A stretch of 64,000 nt of DNA, taken from an uncultured Actinomycetes bacterium (lineage in GTDB: Bacteria; Actinomycetota; Thermoleophilia; UBA2241). A program made the translations under genes and the position numbers. The notes beneath the pieces were generated by a model. That model saw nothing but the letters and a program-made list of their open reading frames with translations. It was not told the origin of the DNA and searched no databases. The DNA lies in assembly GCA_963767005.1 (NCBI GenBank), contig CAVYCN010000002.1, positions 1 to 64,000 of the forward strand. Direction: 5' to 3'. Below, one piece after another: positions 39,622 to 49,301 of the stretch (position 1 is the stretch's first letter; each line of letters begins with the position of its first letter).

Positions 39622-42276
39622 ATGTCCGACCAGACACCCGTGATGGTCCCGATCGAGCCGCGCTACCCGCGTCTGCTCGGCCTCATGCGCTGGTTCCAGC
39701 GCCACGCGGCGCTGACCGTCGCGGCGGCGGCGGCCCTGATGGCCGCCGTCTTCTTCTTCGACATGCACACCTCGTCGGGCTGGATCGCCGGCGGTTTCTA
39801 CCTCATCCCGCTGGCGTTCATCGCGCTGACGCTGCGGCGCCGCACGATCGTCGTCGCCGGGATCGTGGCGGTGGCGCTCAGCATCCTCGTGATGGCGACC
39901 CAGCACACGTTCACGAGCCCGCAACACCTGGTCTATCTGTACCTGCTGATCGCCGCGAGCGGCGGTCTCGTGCTGCTGTCCGACCTGCTCGCCCAGCTCG
40001 ACGAGGTCTCGAGCCGGGCCATGACGCGCGCCCGCCTGGCGCAGGCCGAGGCCGACGTCGTCAGCCAGTCGAGCGGGCGCCGCGAGCCGGGCGACCTCGT
40101 CGAGGGCGCGCTGCGGCGCATCGCCGCCGAGCTCGAGGCGAGCGTCGGCGTCGCCTTCTTCGTGCGCGACGGTCACTGGTGCGGCGAGGCCGCCCTGCGC
40201 CAGGGTGCGGCGCTTGCTCCGGACGCGCTGCGCTACCCGTACGACTCGCTCATGCTCCTGCGTCACGCTCTCGAGCAAGACGAGGTGCTCGCCGTGCCCG
40301 ACGTGACCGCCTGGTTCGCGGAGCGCGGGCTCACGCCGGCGCCGTACGTGCGGACCCTCGAGCTCGCGAACGTGTTGATCGTGCCGCTGCGGGCGCTCGG
40401 TGTCGCCCTCGGCGCGATGGTCTTCAGCCGGCCGCCGGACACGCCGCCCTACACCGGGGAGCTGGTGCGCTTCGCCGGCAGCGTCGGCGGCCACGTGGCC
40501 GTCGCCGTCGAGAACGCCCGCCTCGTGGCCGAGCTCGACGCCAAGCAGCGCGGCCTGTCGCTCGTCGTCGAGTCGAGCCTCGACTTCGCCGCGAGCCTCG
40601 AGCCCCGCAAGGTGATCGAGTCCGTCGTCGAACGGCTGGTCGCCCTGCTCGAGGTGAGCGCCTGCGACATCCACGTGCTCGAGGCCGAGCGCGGCGCCGT
40701 GCGCACGGTGGTGAGCTACGAGCACGGCCACTTCGAGTTCGGCGACGTGATCGGCCGGCTGTGGTCGCTCGCCGAGTACCCCGTGACCGGGCGGGTCGTC
40801 GCCGAGGGACGCCCGGTGGTGGTGCTGTCGCCCGACGATCCCGGGCTCTCGGACAGCGAGCGCCGGCTGCTGGCGCGCAACGGCAAGGTCAGCCAGCTCG
40901 ACGTGCCCCTGAAGGCGCGCGACCGCGTGGTCGGCGTGGTCGAGCTGTTCGACGACAAGCCGCACGACTACTCGCCCGAAGAGATCGAGCTCGTCGAGGC
41001 CATCTGCCAGTTCGCCGCCCTGGCCCTCGACAACGCCCACCTCTACGACTCCCAGCGCGAGATCGCCGGCCGCCTCGAGCGCCTCGCGACCCAGCTGCAG
41101 ACCTTGCAGGCCGTCTCGCTCAGGCTGGCCCGCCTGCGCGACGAGCCCGCCGTGATGCGCGAGGTGCTCGAGTCGGGGGCCGACCTGCTCGCAGCCGACG
41201 TCGCCGCCTACGCGGTGCGCGACGGTGATGTGGTGGCGGTCAGGGCCTTCCACGACCGCGACGGCTTCTCGGCGCCCGACGCGGCCGCCGCCGAGAAGCT
41301 CGTCGCCGTGCTGCGCGAGGTCACGCCCGACCTCGGCGGGCTCGAGATCGGCGACGGCGTGGCCCAGCAGGCGATGGCCGATCGCGCCTTCGTGCGGGGG
41401 CGGGCGTTGATCGTGCCGGTCAGGCGACAGCGGTCCGACGCCCTCGCCGCGCTCGTCTTCGAGCGCTCCCGGGCGGACTCGTTCAGCGACGACGACGGTC
41501 GCCTCGCGACGACCATGGCGGCCCAGCTCGCGCTCACCCTGCGCAACGTGCGCGCCTTCCAGCGCGAGCACGAGATCGCCGAGACGTTCCAGCAGGCGTT
41601 GCTCGTGCAGCCGCCGCTGCTGGCCGGGGCCGAGATCGGCGTGCGCTACCAGGCGGCGACGCGCGCGGCCCGCGTCGGCGGCGACTTCTACGACATCCTG
41701 CAGCTCGCCCCCGGCCGCGTGCTGATCGCCGTGGGCGACGTCTGCGGCCGCGGGCTGCAGGCCGCGGTCGAGACCGCCCTGCTGCGCTACACGCTGCGCG
41801 CCTACGCTCAGGAGAGCTCCCCGGGCGAGGCCCTGTCGCGGCTGAACGCGGCGCTCATCGCCCAAGACCCTGAGATGCCCTTCGCCACCATCGTCCTGGC
41901 CCTGCTCGACGTGCGCCGTCGCACGCTCGACTACGCCGTCGCCGGCCACCCGCGGCCGCTCGTGCTGGTCGGCCGCCGCCGGCTCCCCATCCCCCAGACC
42001 GGGGGGTTCCCCGTCTGCATGTTCGAGGGCGAGGCCTACCCGACCAACCGCTGCGTGCTGCCCGAGGACGCGACCCTCGTCTTCTACACCGATGGGTTGA
42101 CCGAGGCCCGCCGCGCCGGCCGCATGCTCGGCGAACGGGGTCTGCGCGAGACGATACGGCGTCACCTGGGCGAGCCGGCTCAGCAGCTCGCCGAGTCGCT
42201 CCTGGGCAGGGCGGCGCGCTTTGCCGGGGGCAGCGCCGACGACGACATGGCGGTCGTGGTCGTCAAGCTGCCCTGA
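39622..42276 (+). CDS. Membrane GAF-domain SpoIIE/RsbU-type PP2C phosphatase
   Basis: N-terminal TMs, about three GAF repeats, VGGDFYD, GDV.G.G, AGHP, YTDGL.EA, DDMA. Confidence 0.92.
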   Translation: MSDQTPVMVPIEPRYPRLLGLMRWFQRHAALTVAAAAALMAAVFFFDMHTSSGWIAGGFYLIPLAFIALTLRRRTIVVAGIVAVALSILVMATQHTFTSPQHLVYLYLLIAASGGLVLLSDLLAQLDEVSSRAMTRARLAQAEADVVSQSSGRREPGDLVEGALRRIAAELEASVGVAFFVRDGHWCGEAALRQGAALAPDALRYPYDSLMLLRHALEQDEVLAVPDVTAWFAERGLTPAPYVRTLELANVLIVPLRALGVALGAMVFSRPPDTPPYTGELVRFAGSVGGHVAVAVENARLVAELDAKQRGLSLVVESSLDFAASLEPRKVIESVVERLVALLEVSACDIHVLEAERGAVRTVVSYEHGHFEFGDVIGRLWSLAEYPVTGRVVAEGRPVVVLSPDDPGLSDSERRLLARNGKVSQLDVPLKARDRVVGVVELFDDKPHDYSPEEIELVEAICQFAALALDNAHLYDSQREIAGRLERLATQLQTLQAVSLRLARLRDEPAVMREVLESGADLLAADVAAYAVRDGDVVAVRAFHDRDGFSAPDAAAAEKLVAVLREVTPDLGGLEIGDGVAQQAMADRAFVRGRALIVPVRRQRSDALAALVFERSRADSFSDDDGRLATTMAAQLALTLRNVRAFQREHEIAETFQQALLVQPPLLAGAEIGVRYQAATRAARVGGDFYDILQLAPGRVLIAVGDVCGRGLQAAVETALLRYTLRAYAQESSPGEALSRLNAALIAQDPEMPFATIVLALLDVRRRTLDYAVAGHPRPLVLVGRRRLPIPQTGGFPVCMFEGEAYPTNRCVLPEDATLVFYTDGLTEARRAGRMLGERGLRETIRRHLGEPAQQLAESLLGRAARFAGGSADDDMAVVVVKLP

Positions 42277-42279
42277 GGC

Positions 42280-43425
42280 CTACATGCCGACGGCGCCCGG
42301 CGCCGGCCGCGCGGCCCGGCCGGTCTGCACGTAGCTCACGATGCCGGTGCGGTCGACGAAGCCGATCAGGCGGCCGTCCTGGACCACCGCCAGGTAGTCC
42401 GCGTCGCTCGTGGCGAGGCGGTGGAAGGCGGCGGCGGCCGGCTCGTCGGGGCCGATCGTCTCCAGACGGGCGTGGGGTGTCATGGCATCGCGCACCTGGT
42501 CGACACCCCACGCGCTCTCGTCGGTGCGCTGCAGGTCCGACAAGCAGATCATGCCGGCCAGGACGCCGGCGCCGTCGAGCACCGGCAGGCAGCGCGCGTT
42601 GAACGGGGCGAAGTACCCGTTGACGGCCTGACGCAGGGTGACATCTTCGGGGATGCCGGTCGGCGGCACGGTCATCACCCGGCCGACCGGCACGCCGGCC
42701 AGGCTACCCTCGGCGCGGCTCTGGCGCACGGCCATCTGCGAGGCCTGCACCACGAACCAGCCGATGAAGGCCAGCCAGACGACGCTGACGTAGGCGTCGA
42801 GGCCGGTGTGGAACCCGACGAGCGAGGCCAGGCCCAGGGCGATCATGCCGTAGCCGACGGCGAGGCCGGCACGCGCAGCCCAGCGGGTCGCTTTGACCGT
42901 GTCGCGGGTCAACCACCAGAGGCCGGCGTGCAGCACCTTGCTGCCGTCGAGCGGGAAGCCCGGCAGCATGTTGAAGACGGCGAGCGCCACGTTGATGAAG
43001 CCGAGGTACACGAGCATGGCCTCGGCCACGCTCGAGGCCGGCGCCACCCGGGCGCCGAGCACGCAGGCCACGCCGATGACGAGACTCGAGAGCGGGCCGA
43101 CGCCGGCGAGGACCGCCTCGCGTCCAGGACTCGTCGCCTCGGACTCGATGGTCGAGACGCCGCCCAGCAGCCAGAGCGTGATGCCGCGCACCTCGATGCC
43201 CTGGGCGCGGGCCACGAACGAGTGAGCGAGCTCGTGCGCGAGCACCGACGCGAAGAACAGCAGTGAGCTCAGGACGGCGACCGTCCAGAGGGTCGCCGTC
43301 GACCATGGCTCATAGCGGAACGATGTCCCCACCGTCCAGGTCACGAGCACGAAGATCAACAGCCAGCTCGGCGACACGCTGATGTCGATGCCGAACAGGC
43401 GCGCTATCTTGAAGCCGGACCCCAT
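42280..43425 (-). CDS. Site-2 protease (M50) with CBS domains
   Basis: HELAH, FNMLPGFPLDG, C-terminal CBS pair. Confidence 0.93.
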   Translation of the reverse strand: MGSGFKIARLFGIDISVSPSWLLIFVLVTWTVGTSFRYEPWSTATLWTVAVLSSLLFFASVLAHELAHSFVARAQGIEVRGITLWLLGGVSTIESEATSPGREAVLAGVGPLSSLVIGVACVLGARVAPASSVAEAMLVYLGFINVALAVFNMLPGFPLDGSKVLHAGLWWLTRDTVKATRWAARAGLAVGYGMIALGLASLVGFHTGLDAYVSVVWLAFIGWFVVQASQMAVRQSRAEGSLAGVPVGRVMTVPPTGIPEDVTLRQAVNGYFAPFNARCLPVLDGAGVLAGMICLSDLQRTDESAWGVDQVRDAMTPHARLETIGPDEPAAAAFHRLATSDADYLAVVQDGRLIGFVDRTGIVSYVQTGRAARPAPGAVGM

Positions 43426-43544
43426 GGTCCTCCTTGTTCGGGGCTCACCCCGGTTGTTCCCCCCGCGCCGACCGCCCGAACGACGGCCACGGGCAGGGGC
43501 CGGGCGGCGGTGCGGGCCGGCGGCGAGCTGCGGCCGCGGGACGC

Positions 43545-44858
43545 TCAGCCGCCGAGCTCGACGACCGTGTCGATGCCGTCGGCCACGGCCAGCACGCGGG
43601 CCCCGGGGCCGCGCACGCGGCGCGCCGCCGCGACGGCCTCGTCGATCGACTCAAAAGCGAGCAGGCCGCAGCCCTCGACGAGGTCGGGATCGCGCGCGCC
43701 GACAACGCCGACCCGGTACGTCGTCATGAGCTTGGCGACCATGTAGGCGCGCTGGCCGCCGGGGCCGAGCGGCTCGACGCAGCCGCGGGCGACCAGGTCC
43801 ATCGGCCGCCTGGTCTCGGCCAGGAGCGCGCCGAAGTTGACCTCGCCGGGGCCGTCGCCGACGCCGAGCGGCAGCTCGGCGCAGAACGCGATCAGGCCGC
43901 CCGGCACGAGCACCGGCCGGGCCGACAGGCCGACATAGGTGGCGGCTCGCGAGGCCTGGTAGAGGCTGCGGTCCTTGGGCTCCGGCACGCCGGCGACCAC
44001 CAGGTCGAACGGCGCGTCGTGGCGCCTCACCCAGGTGTCCCCGTGGTCGGCAACGAGGCGGCGCTGGGCGGCGGCGGGGTCGCCGGCGGCCACGCCGGCG
44101 ACCCCGCCGCCGCCGTCCACGACGACGTTCAGCGCGAAGCGCAGGGCGGTGGCGGCGGCGATCTCGCGCAGCGCCTCCTGGAACGGGTTGCCGTCGAGCC
44201 GGCAGAGACGCACCTCGGGGCGGTCGAGGAACACGGGGTGGTGGGTCCAGGCGATCGTCTCGCGGCCGGCGCAGCCGACCGCCACCGCCTTCACGCCGCC
44301 TGAGAAGCCGGCGTAGAGGTGGGGCTCGACGATGCCGACCGCCACCACGAGGTCGGCGCCCGCGACCGCCTCTTCGATCACGATGGGGCCGCGGCCGGCG
44401 ACCTCGCCCAGCGGCACGTTGCGCGGGCTCATGCCCTGGGCGTCGACCACACGCAGGCGCCGGGCGACGCCGGCGCCGACGAGGGTCTCGCGCTCGGCCG
44501 GGGTCGTCGTGCGGTGCAGCCCGCAGCCGATCACGACGCGGATGCGCTCGTCGCTCACCCCGGCCTGCGAGAGGCGCTCCAGCAGGGGCGGCAGGAGGGC
44601 CGCCACGGGGCAGCCACGGCTCGAGTCGGGCACCACGACGGCGACCTCGCGGGCGCCGGCGGCGAGGGCGGCGAGGGGTGGCGCCTGGATGGGCGCGTCG
44701 AGCGCCGCGGCCACCGCCGCCGGCAGGTCGCCGACCGCGGTCAGGAGCGCCGGTGGGTCGAAGGCGCAGGCCGCCGTCGCCGGCAGGCAGCGCCGGCCGG
44801 CCACCACCCAGGGGGCGCCGGCGAGGCCGTCCGCGCCGGGCGGCGGTGCGACGCTCAT
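43545..44858 (-). CDS. LarA-superfamily nickel-pincer racemase/epimerase
   Basis: VVPD.SR, G.GLHR, EPH.YAGFSGG.K (catalytic His residues and NPN-attachment Lys), LYQA. Confidence 0.87.
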   Translation of the reverse strand: MSVAPPPGADGLAGAPWVVAGRRCLPATAACAFDPPALLTAVGDLPAAVAAALDAPIQAPPLAALAAGAREVAVVVPDSSRGCPVAALLPPLLERLSQAGVSDERIRVVIGCGLHRTTTPAERETLVGAGVARRLRVVDAQGMSPRNVPLGEVAGRGPIVIEEAVAGADLVVAVGIVEPHLYAGFSGGVKAVAVGCAGRETIAWTHHPVFLDRPEVRLCRLDGNPFQEALREIAAATALRFALNVVVDGGGGVAGVAAGDPAAAQRRLVADHGDTWVRRHDAPFDLVVAGVPEPKDRSLYQASRAATYVGLSARPVLVPGGLIAFCAELPLGVGDGPGEVNFGALLAETRRPMDLVARGCVEPLGPGGQRAYMVAKLMTTYRVGVVGARDPDLVEGCGLLAFESIDEAVAAARRVRGPGARVLAVADGIDTVVELGG

Positions 44859-45070
44859 GGCTCCGCCCGGCGCTGGGGCGGGCAGACCCAGAAGGCGACG
44901 AGCGCGGCGATCGCGCCCAGGGGCGGGAAGATCACGGCCAGCAGGAAGCCCCAGACGACCCAGGCCAGACGCGAGCGGCCGGTGCGCCGGGCGGTGCGCT
45001 GGCCGACGTAGAGGCAGACCGGGAGCTGGGCGGCGAACAGGAGCTGGGTGGCCATGGTCGAGAGGTGCAT
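44855..45070 (-). CDS. Small membrane protein (71 aa)
   Basis: Hydrophobic A..TGRS...W..WG.....PLG pattern; abuts the WYL gene and overlaps the larA-like start (ATGA). Confidence 0.65.
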   Translation of the reverse strand: MHLSTMATQLLFAAQLPVCLYVGQRTARRTGRSRLAWVVWGFLLAVIFPPLGAIAALVAFWVCPPQRRAEP

Positions 45071-45072
45071 GG

Positions 45073-47316
45073 CTACGTGTATCGCCGCAGCAGCCGGGCG
45101 ACGAGGTCGCGCAGCGCGGCGACCGCCGGTTCGGGGGCGAGCGGCACGGCCGCGCCGGCGAAGTGCAGGAGCTCGTGGGTGAGCCAGCGCTCGTCGACGT
45201 AGGGTTGGGTCGCCAGGCAGGCGCCGCCCGGAACGGGTACCGCGGGCCCGCGCTCGGCCACGTAGCGTGCGACGTCGGGCGCGTACCAGACGAGCGCGCT
45301 GCGCGGCGCGTGGCGGGCTGCGCTGCGCACGCCCTCGCGGCGGTAGAGCTCGACCTCGACCTCGGGGCGCGGCGCGAAGCGCTCGCCGCGCAGCGCCGCC
45401 CGCTTGGTGGTGGCGATCCGGAAGGTGCGCGTGCCTTGCGAGCGCCGGCACCAGGCGACGTAGTACCACTCGCCCCGGGTGCGCACCAGCAGGTACGGCT
45501 CAACCGTCCGCGTCGTGGTCGTGCCGCTGCCCTCCGACCAGTACTCGATGTCGAGCAGACGGTGCTCGCCGACGGCCGCGCTCACCGCGTCGAGGATCGG
45601 CTCGGCGGTGGGCAGCCGCTCGCCGGCGGCGACCGACGACGGCGCCGCGTGACGGGCGCGGCGCAGCTTCTGCGCCGCGCTGCGCAGCGCGGCGCCGTGC
45701 TCGATCGGGAGCTGCCCGCCGAGCACCTCGACGGCCAGCAGCAGCGTGTCGACCTGTAGCGGCGACAGGCGGGCCGGCCGCGCGAACGCCGAGCTCGCCA
45801 CGTCGCAGGTGACGACCAGGTCCGGCCCCTTGACCTCGGCCCACACGAGGGTGCCCTCGCCGCCGAAGTTGACGAGGTTGAGGAGCCGCACGTCGGCGCG
45901 CAGCTCGGCCGGCGTGGTGTCGAGCCGGGCGCAGAGCTCGGCGACGGGCACGGGCGTCTCGTCGGCGCCGCCGGCCGCCCGGCAGACGTCGTGCAAATAG
46001 GTGAGCAGCGTGGTCAGGCGGGTGAAGCGGTCGGCTTCGACCTGCCAGTCGTCGGCGCCGCCGGCCGGTGCCGAGTCGGCGCGGGGAGTGGGCGAGCTGG
46101 CGGGCTCGTCGAGCCCGGCGGCGGCGAGCAGCGCGGCGGCGCGGCCGGCCTCGAGCGGCGGCCGCTCGAGCCGCCCGGCCAGGCGGCCGAGCTGGGCGCG
46201 CAGCTCGGCGCGCAGCGCCGGCGGCTCGACGAGCTCGGCCGCCGCCCCCATCGAGAGCACCCACTCGATGAGCTGCTGAGCCGAGTCGTAGGCGGTCGAG
46301 AACAGGATGTCGGTCTCGTCGCCGGCGCCGCCCGTGCCCGCATCACCGCCGTCGCCGCCCGCCCCGGAGCCGTCACTGCCGCCCGTGCCGGCGTCGCGGC
46401 CACCCTCGCCGGCGTTCAGGCGCGCGTCGTCGCCGGCCGGCGCGATCGTGCCGCAGCGCGCGAAGTGGGCCTCGACCCACCAGGCCATGCCGGCCGCCAC
46501 GCGCACGACGGCGTGGCCGACCGGCTCGCCGAGCTGCCAGGGCGGGCGGTCGAGGTAGCGGTCGATCGAGAAGTCGAGCGGCGCGCCGAAGTCGTGCGGC
46601 GCGCGCGTCGCGAAGGTCACGCGCGAGCGCAGGCGCGACAACCGGAAGGTGCGGATCGCCGTGCGCAAGTGGCAGAAGCCGACGAGGTACCACTCGTCGC
46701 CGACGAGCAGCAGGCCGTACGGGTCGACCGTGCGCTCGCGCTCCTCGTCGCGGCCGATCGAGTAGTAGAGGAAGGTCACCGTCTTGCCGGCGGCGACTGC
46801 CTGTTGCAGCTTGGGCAGGGCGCCGGCGGCGCGGCGCGCCTCGCGCTCGGGTAGCACGCTGATCGGTGTGGGGGCGGCCGGCGCGAGCAGCTCGGGCCGG
46901 CCGTGGGTCAGGCTGAGCAGGGCGAGGCGCAGCGGCTCGCTGTAGGCGAAGCGGTCCTCGAGCACGAACAGGCAGGCGGCGAGCGCCGAGAGCTCGGCCG
47001 GTGTGAGCTCGATGGCCGGCAGGTAGTAGGCCGACGCCGGCAGCGAGTAGAGCTCGGCCTCGCCACCCTCGCCGCCATCGGCGGCGATCGCGATGCCCAG
47101 GGCGGTGAGCTCGGCGCGGTCCTCGTAGAAGCGCCGCTTGAAGGCGTCGTCGCTCATGAGCGCATAGCCTTCGACGCGACGACGGATCTCGGCCGCGGTG
47201 GCGGGCCGCCCCGGGCGCGAGAGCAGGAAGGCGACGAGCGACAGCCGCCGGATCAGCTTGTCGGCGTCCTTCGAGAAGCCCTCCTCGCGGGGCGCGCCGC
47301 CCTGTCCGGGGCTCAC
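45073..47316 (-). CDS. Fused PafB-PafC-like double HTH-WYL-WCX transcriptional regulator
   Basis: R.L.L...L, F.R.F.EDR.EL..LGI; WYL1 R.VDPY.L....WYLVG.C..R...RTFRLSR; second HTH; WYL2 R.VEP..L....WY..AWC....RTFR. Confidence 0.9.
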   Translation of the reverse strand: MSPGQGGAPREEGFSKDADKLIRRLSLVAFLLSRPGRPATAAEIRRRVEGYALMSDDAFKRRFYEDRAELTALGIAIAADGGEGGEAELYSLPASAYYLPAIELTPAELSALAACLFVLEDRFAYSEPLRLALLSLTHGRPELLAPAAPTPISVLPEREARRAAGALPKLQQAVAAGKTVTFLYYSIGRDEERERTVDPYGLLLVGDEWYLVGFCHLRTAIRTFRLSRLRSRVTFATRAPHDFGAPLDFSIDRYLDRPPWQLGEPVGHAVVRVAAGMAWWVEAHFARCGTIAPAGDDARLNAGEGGRDAGTGGSDGSGAGGDGGDAGTGGAGDETDILFSTAYDSAQQLIEWVLSMGAAAELVEPPALRAELRAQLGRLAGRLERPPLEAGRAAALLAAAGLDEPASSPTPRADSAPAGGADDWQVEADRFTRLTTLLTYLHDVCRAAGGADETPVPVAELCARLDTTPAELRADVRLLNLVNFGGEGTLVWAEVKGPDLVVTCDVASSAFARPARLSPLQVDTLLLAVEVLGGQLPIEHGAALRSAAQKLRRARHAAPSSVAAGERLPTAEPILDAVSAAVGEHRLLDIEYWSEGSGTTTTRTVEPYLLVRTRGEWYYVAWCRRSQGTRTFRIATTKRAALRGERFAPRPEVEVELYRREGVRSAARHAPRSALVWYAPDVARYVAERGPAVPVPGGACLATQPYVDERWLTHELLHFAGAAVPLAPEPAVAALRDLVARLLRRYT

Positions 47317-47792
47317 GGCGCGGCGCCGAGGTCGAGGGCGAGCAGCGTGCGGTACTCGTCGGCGAAGCCACGCCTGGCATAGAAGCCGCTGAGACCGTGG
47401 CTGAGCTCGCCGTCGGGCGTGACGGTGACGAGCAGCGCCTGGCAGCCCCGCTGCCGGGACCAGCGGGTCACGGCGCCGATGAGGGCGCCGGCGATCCCGT
47501 GGCCGCGCGCGGCCGGCACCACATAGAGGTCCTCGAGCTCGGCCGAGCGGGTGTACTCGACCGAGGCGGTCCAGGCGGCGGTGGCGATGCCGACCGCCCG
47601 GCGGGCGCCGCCGTCCTCGCGAAAGGCAAGGACGGCGGCGCAGTGCACCGGGTCGGCCAGCATCTCGGCGAGGCCGCGGCGCTGGGCGTCGGGCGGCGTC
47701 GTGAAGCCCTCCTCGCTGAAGAAGCGGCGCAGGAGGTCGACTGCGACCTCGACGGTCGCCTCGCCGACCGGTTCGATGACGACATCGGTCGT
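47313..47792 (-). CDS. GNAT N-acetyltransferase; start uncertain (candidate ACG at 47792; first ATG at 47663)
   Basis: LEDLYV.P..RG.GIA..L, FY..RGF; AAGGAGGT SD at 47804-47797 followed by ACG codons. Confidence 0.8.
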   Translation of the reverse strand, partial: TTDVVIEPVGEATVEVAVDLLRRFFSEEGFTTPPDAQRRGLAEMLADPVHCAAVLAFREDGGARRAVGIATAAWTASVEYTRSAELEDLYVVPAARGHGIAGALIGAVTRWSRQRGCQALLVTVTPDGELSHGLSGFYARRGFADEYRTLLALDLGAAP

Positions 47793-47843
47793 CGTGACCT
47801 CCTTCGGCTGTCCGCCGCCGGCCCGCCGGCGCGTCCGGCGTCG

Positions 47844-49301
47844 CTAGACGGCCTGGCGCTCGGCCGCGGCGATGATCGCGTCGAACTCGCGGCCGAGGTC
47901 GTCGGGAAAGCCGATCGGCTCGGCCGCCAGGATCTCGCGCACCTTGTCCTGCGCCTTTTCGACCGTGCTCTTGCCGCCGGCCGCCTTCCAGGCCTCGTAG
48001 TTGCCCGTCTCGCCGAGCTTGGCCTGCCAGAGCTCGCGCACGTGCTTGCGGGTGTGCCCGTCGAACAGGTAGTTGCCGTTGAAGCCCATCTTGACGATAA
48101 GGTCGCGGGCGATCGTCTCGTCGGTCACCTCGACGCCGCGCAGCATGCGCTTGACCATGCCGAGGATCTCGTCGTCGACCACCATGTTCTCGAGGCACAG
48201 GATGCGCGAGCCGTCGAGCAGGCCGGTGCCGAACGTCACGTCGGCGCCGTTGGCGTAGGCCATGAACATGGCGAGCGCGTTCTCGTAGGCGCTCTGGATA
48301 CCGGGCTCCTTGGCCGTGGTCGCACCGGCGCCGTACCAGGCCGGCACGCCGTAGAAGTCGGCCATGTGGCCCTGCACGGCGCGGATCAGGATGGCTTCGG
48401 GCGAGTTGCTCGCGTAGGCCCCGCTCCCCATGTACATCGCGGTCGGGCCGCCGCCGTGGATGACCGGCGCGCCCGGGCTGGCGAGCTGTACGAGCGTCGC
48501 GCCGCTCACGAACTCGGCGTTGTTCACGACGGCCGATCCAGCGATCGTGATGGGGCCGGTCGCGCCGAGGATCGGCATGGGGTAGAAGCTGATCGGGATA
48601 CCGGCGTCGGCGAGGGTGAGGGCGAGGTCCATGCCGAAGCGCTCCTGGTGGAGCGGGCTCACCGTGCAGATGATGGCGGTGAAGGTCGGCCGCAGGCGCA
48701 GCTCGTCGCGGCCGCCGGCGAGGGCGACGCCCATCTCGATCAGGCTGCGCGCCTCCCAGTCCTCCTTGATAGAGACGACGATGCTGTGCTTGGCCGAGTT
48801 GCGCACGCAGGCGTCGAACTCGTGCAGCACGCGGCTCTGGATGGGGCAGTCCTGGGCCGAGACGACCGCGCTCGTCGCACTCACATTGTCGAGCGCCTGG
48901 ACGACGCGGGCGCAGTTCTCGAGGTCTTCCTTGCGCGAGGGCCGTACCACGCCGGTGACCGGGTCGCGGTAGGACACGCCGCAGCCGTCGGACGAGATGT
49001 AGATGTGCTCGCCGTCGAGCGGCAGGTCGTACTCGGGCGTGCGGCCGCCCAGGGTGAACTCGTGCGGCACGCTGGCGAGCGCCCGCTCGACGACCGCGCC
49101 CGGGATCTTCGCGACCGAGGTCTCCCGGTCGACCGTGGCGCCGTGCTCCTCGAGCACGTCGAGCGCCCGCTGCGAGAAGAACATGACGCCGACGTTCTCG
49201 ATCACGTCGAGCGTCGCCTCGTGGATCTGACGGATCTCGGCGGCGTCGAGGAGATCGAGCTTGACGCGCTTGCCGACATAGCAGCCGTCTGCGTAGGTCA
49301 T
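47844..49301 (-). CDS. MttB-superfamily methyltransferase, no pyrrolysine
   Basis: IHEATLDV.E.VGV, TVSPL, GATGP.T.AG, SPE, GATTAK.PG.Q..YE, G.L..S. Confidence 0.92.
   Translation of the reverse strand: MTYADGCYVGKRVKLDLLDAAEIRQIHEATLDVIENVGVMFFSQRALDVLEEHGATVDRETSVAKIPGAVVERALASVPHEFTLGGRTPEYDLPLDGEHIYISSDGCGVSYRDPVTGVVRPSRKEDLENCARVVQALDNVSATSAVVSAQDCPIQSRVLHEFDACVRNSAKHSIVVSIKEDWEARSLIEMGVALAGGRDELRLRPTFTAIICTVSPLHQERFGMDLALTLADAGIPISFYPMPILGATGPITIAGSAVVNNAEFVSGATLVQLASPGAPVIHGGGPTAMYMGSGAYASNSPEAILIRAVQGHMADFYGVPAWYGAGATTAKEPGIQSAYENALAMFMAYANGADVTFGTGLLDGSRILCLENMVVDDEILGMVKRMLRGVEVTDETIARDLIVKMGFNGNYLFDGHTRKHVRELWQAKLGETGNYEAWKAAGGKSTVEKAQDKVREILAAEPIGFPDDLGREFDAIIAAAERQAV

Noticed and set aside
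45073-47316. WYL protein as a marker of an anti-phage defence island
   Set aside because: The architecture is PafBC-like and no defence genes flank it
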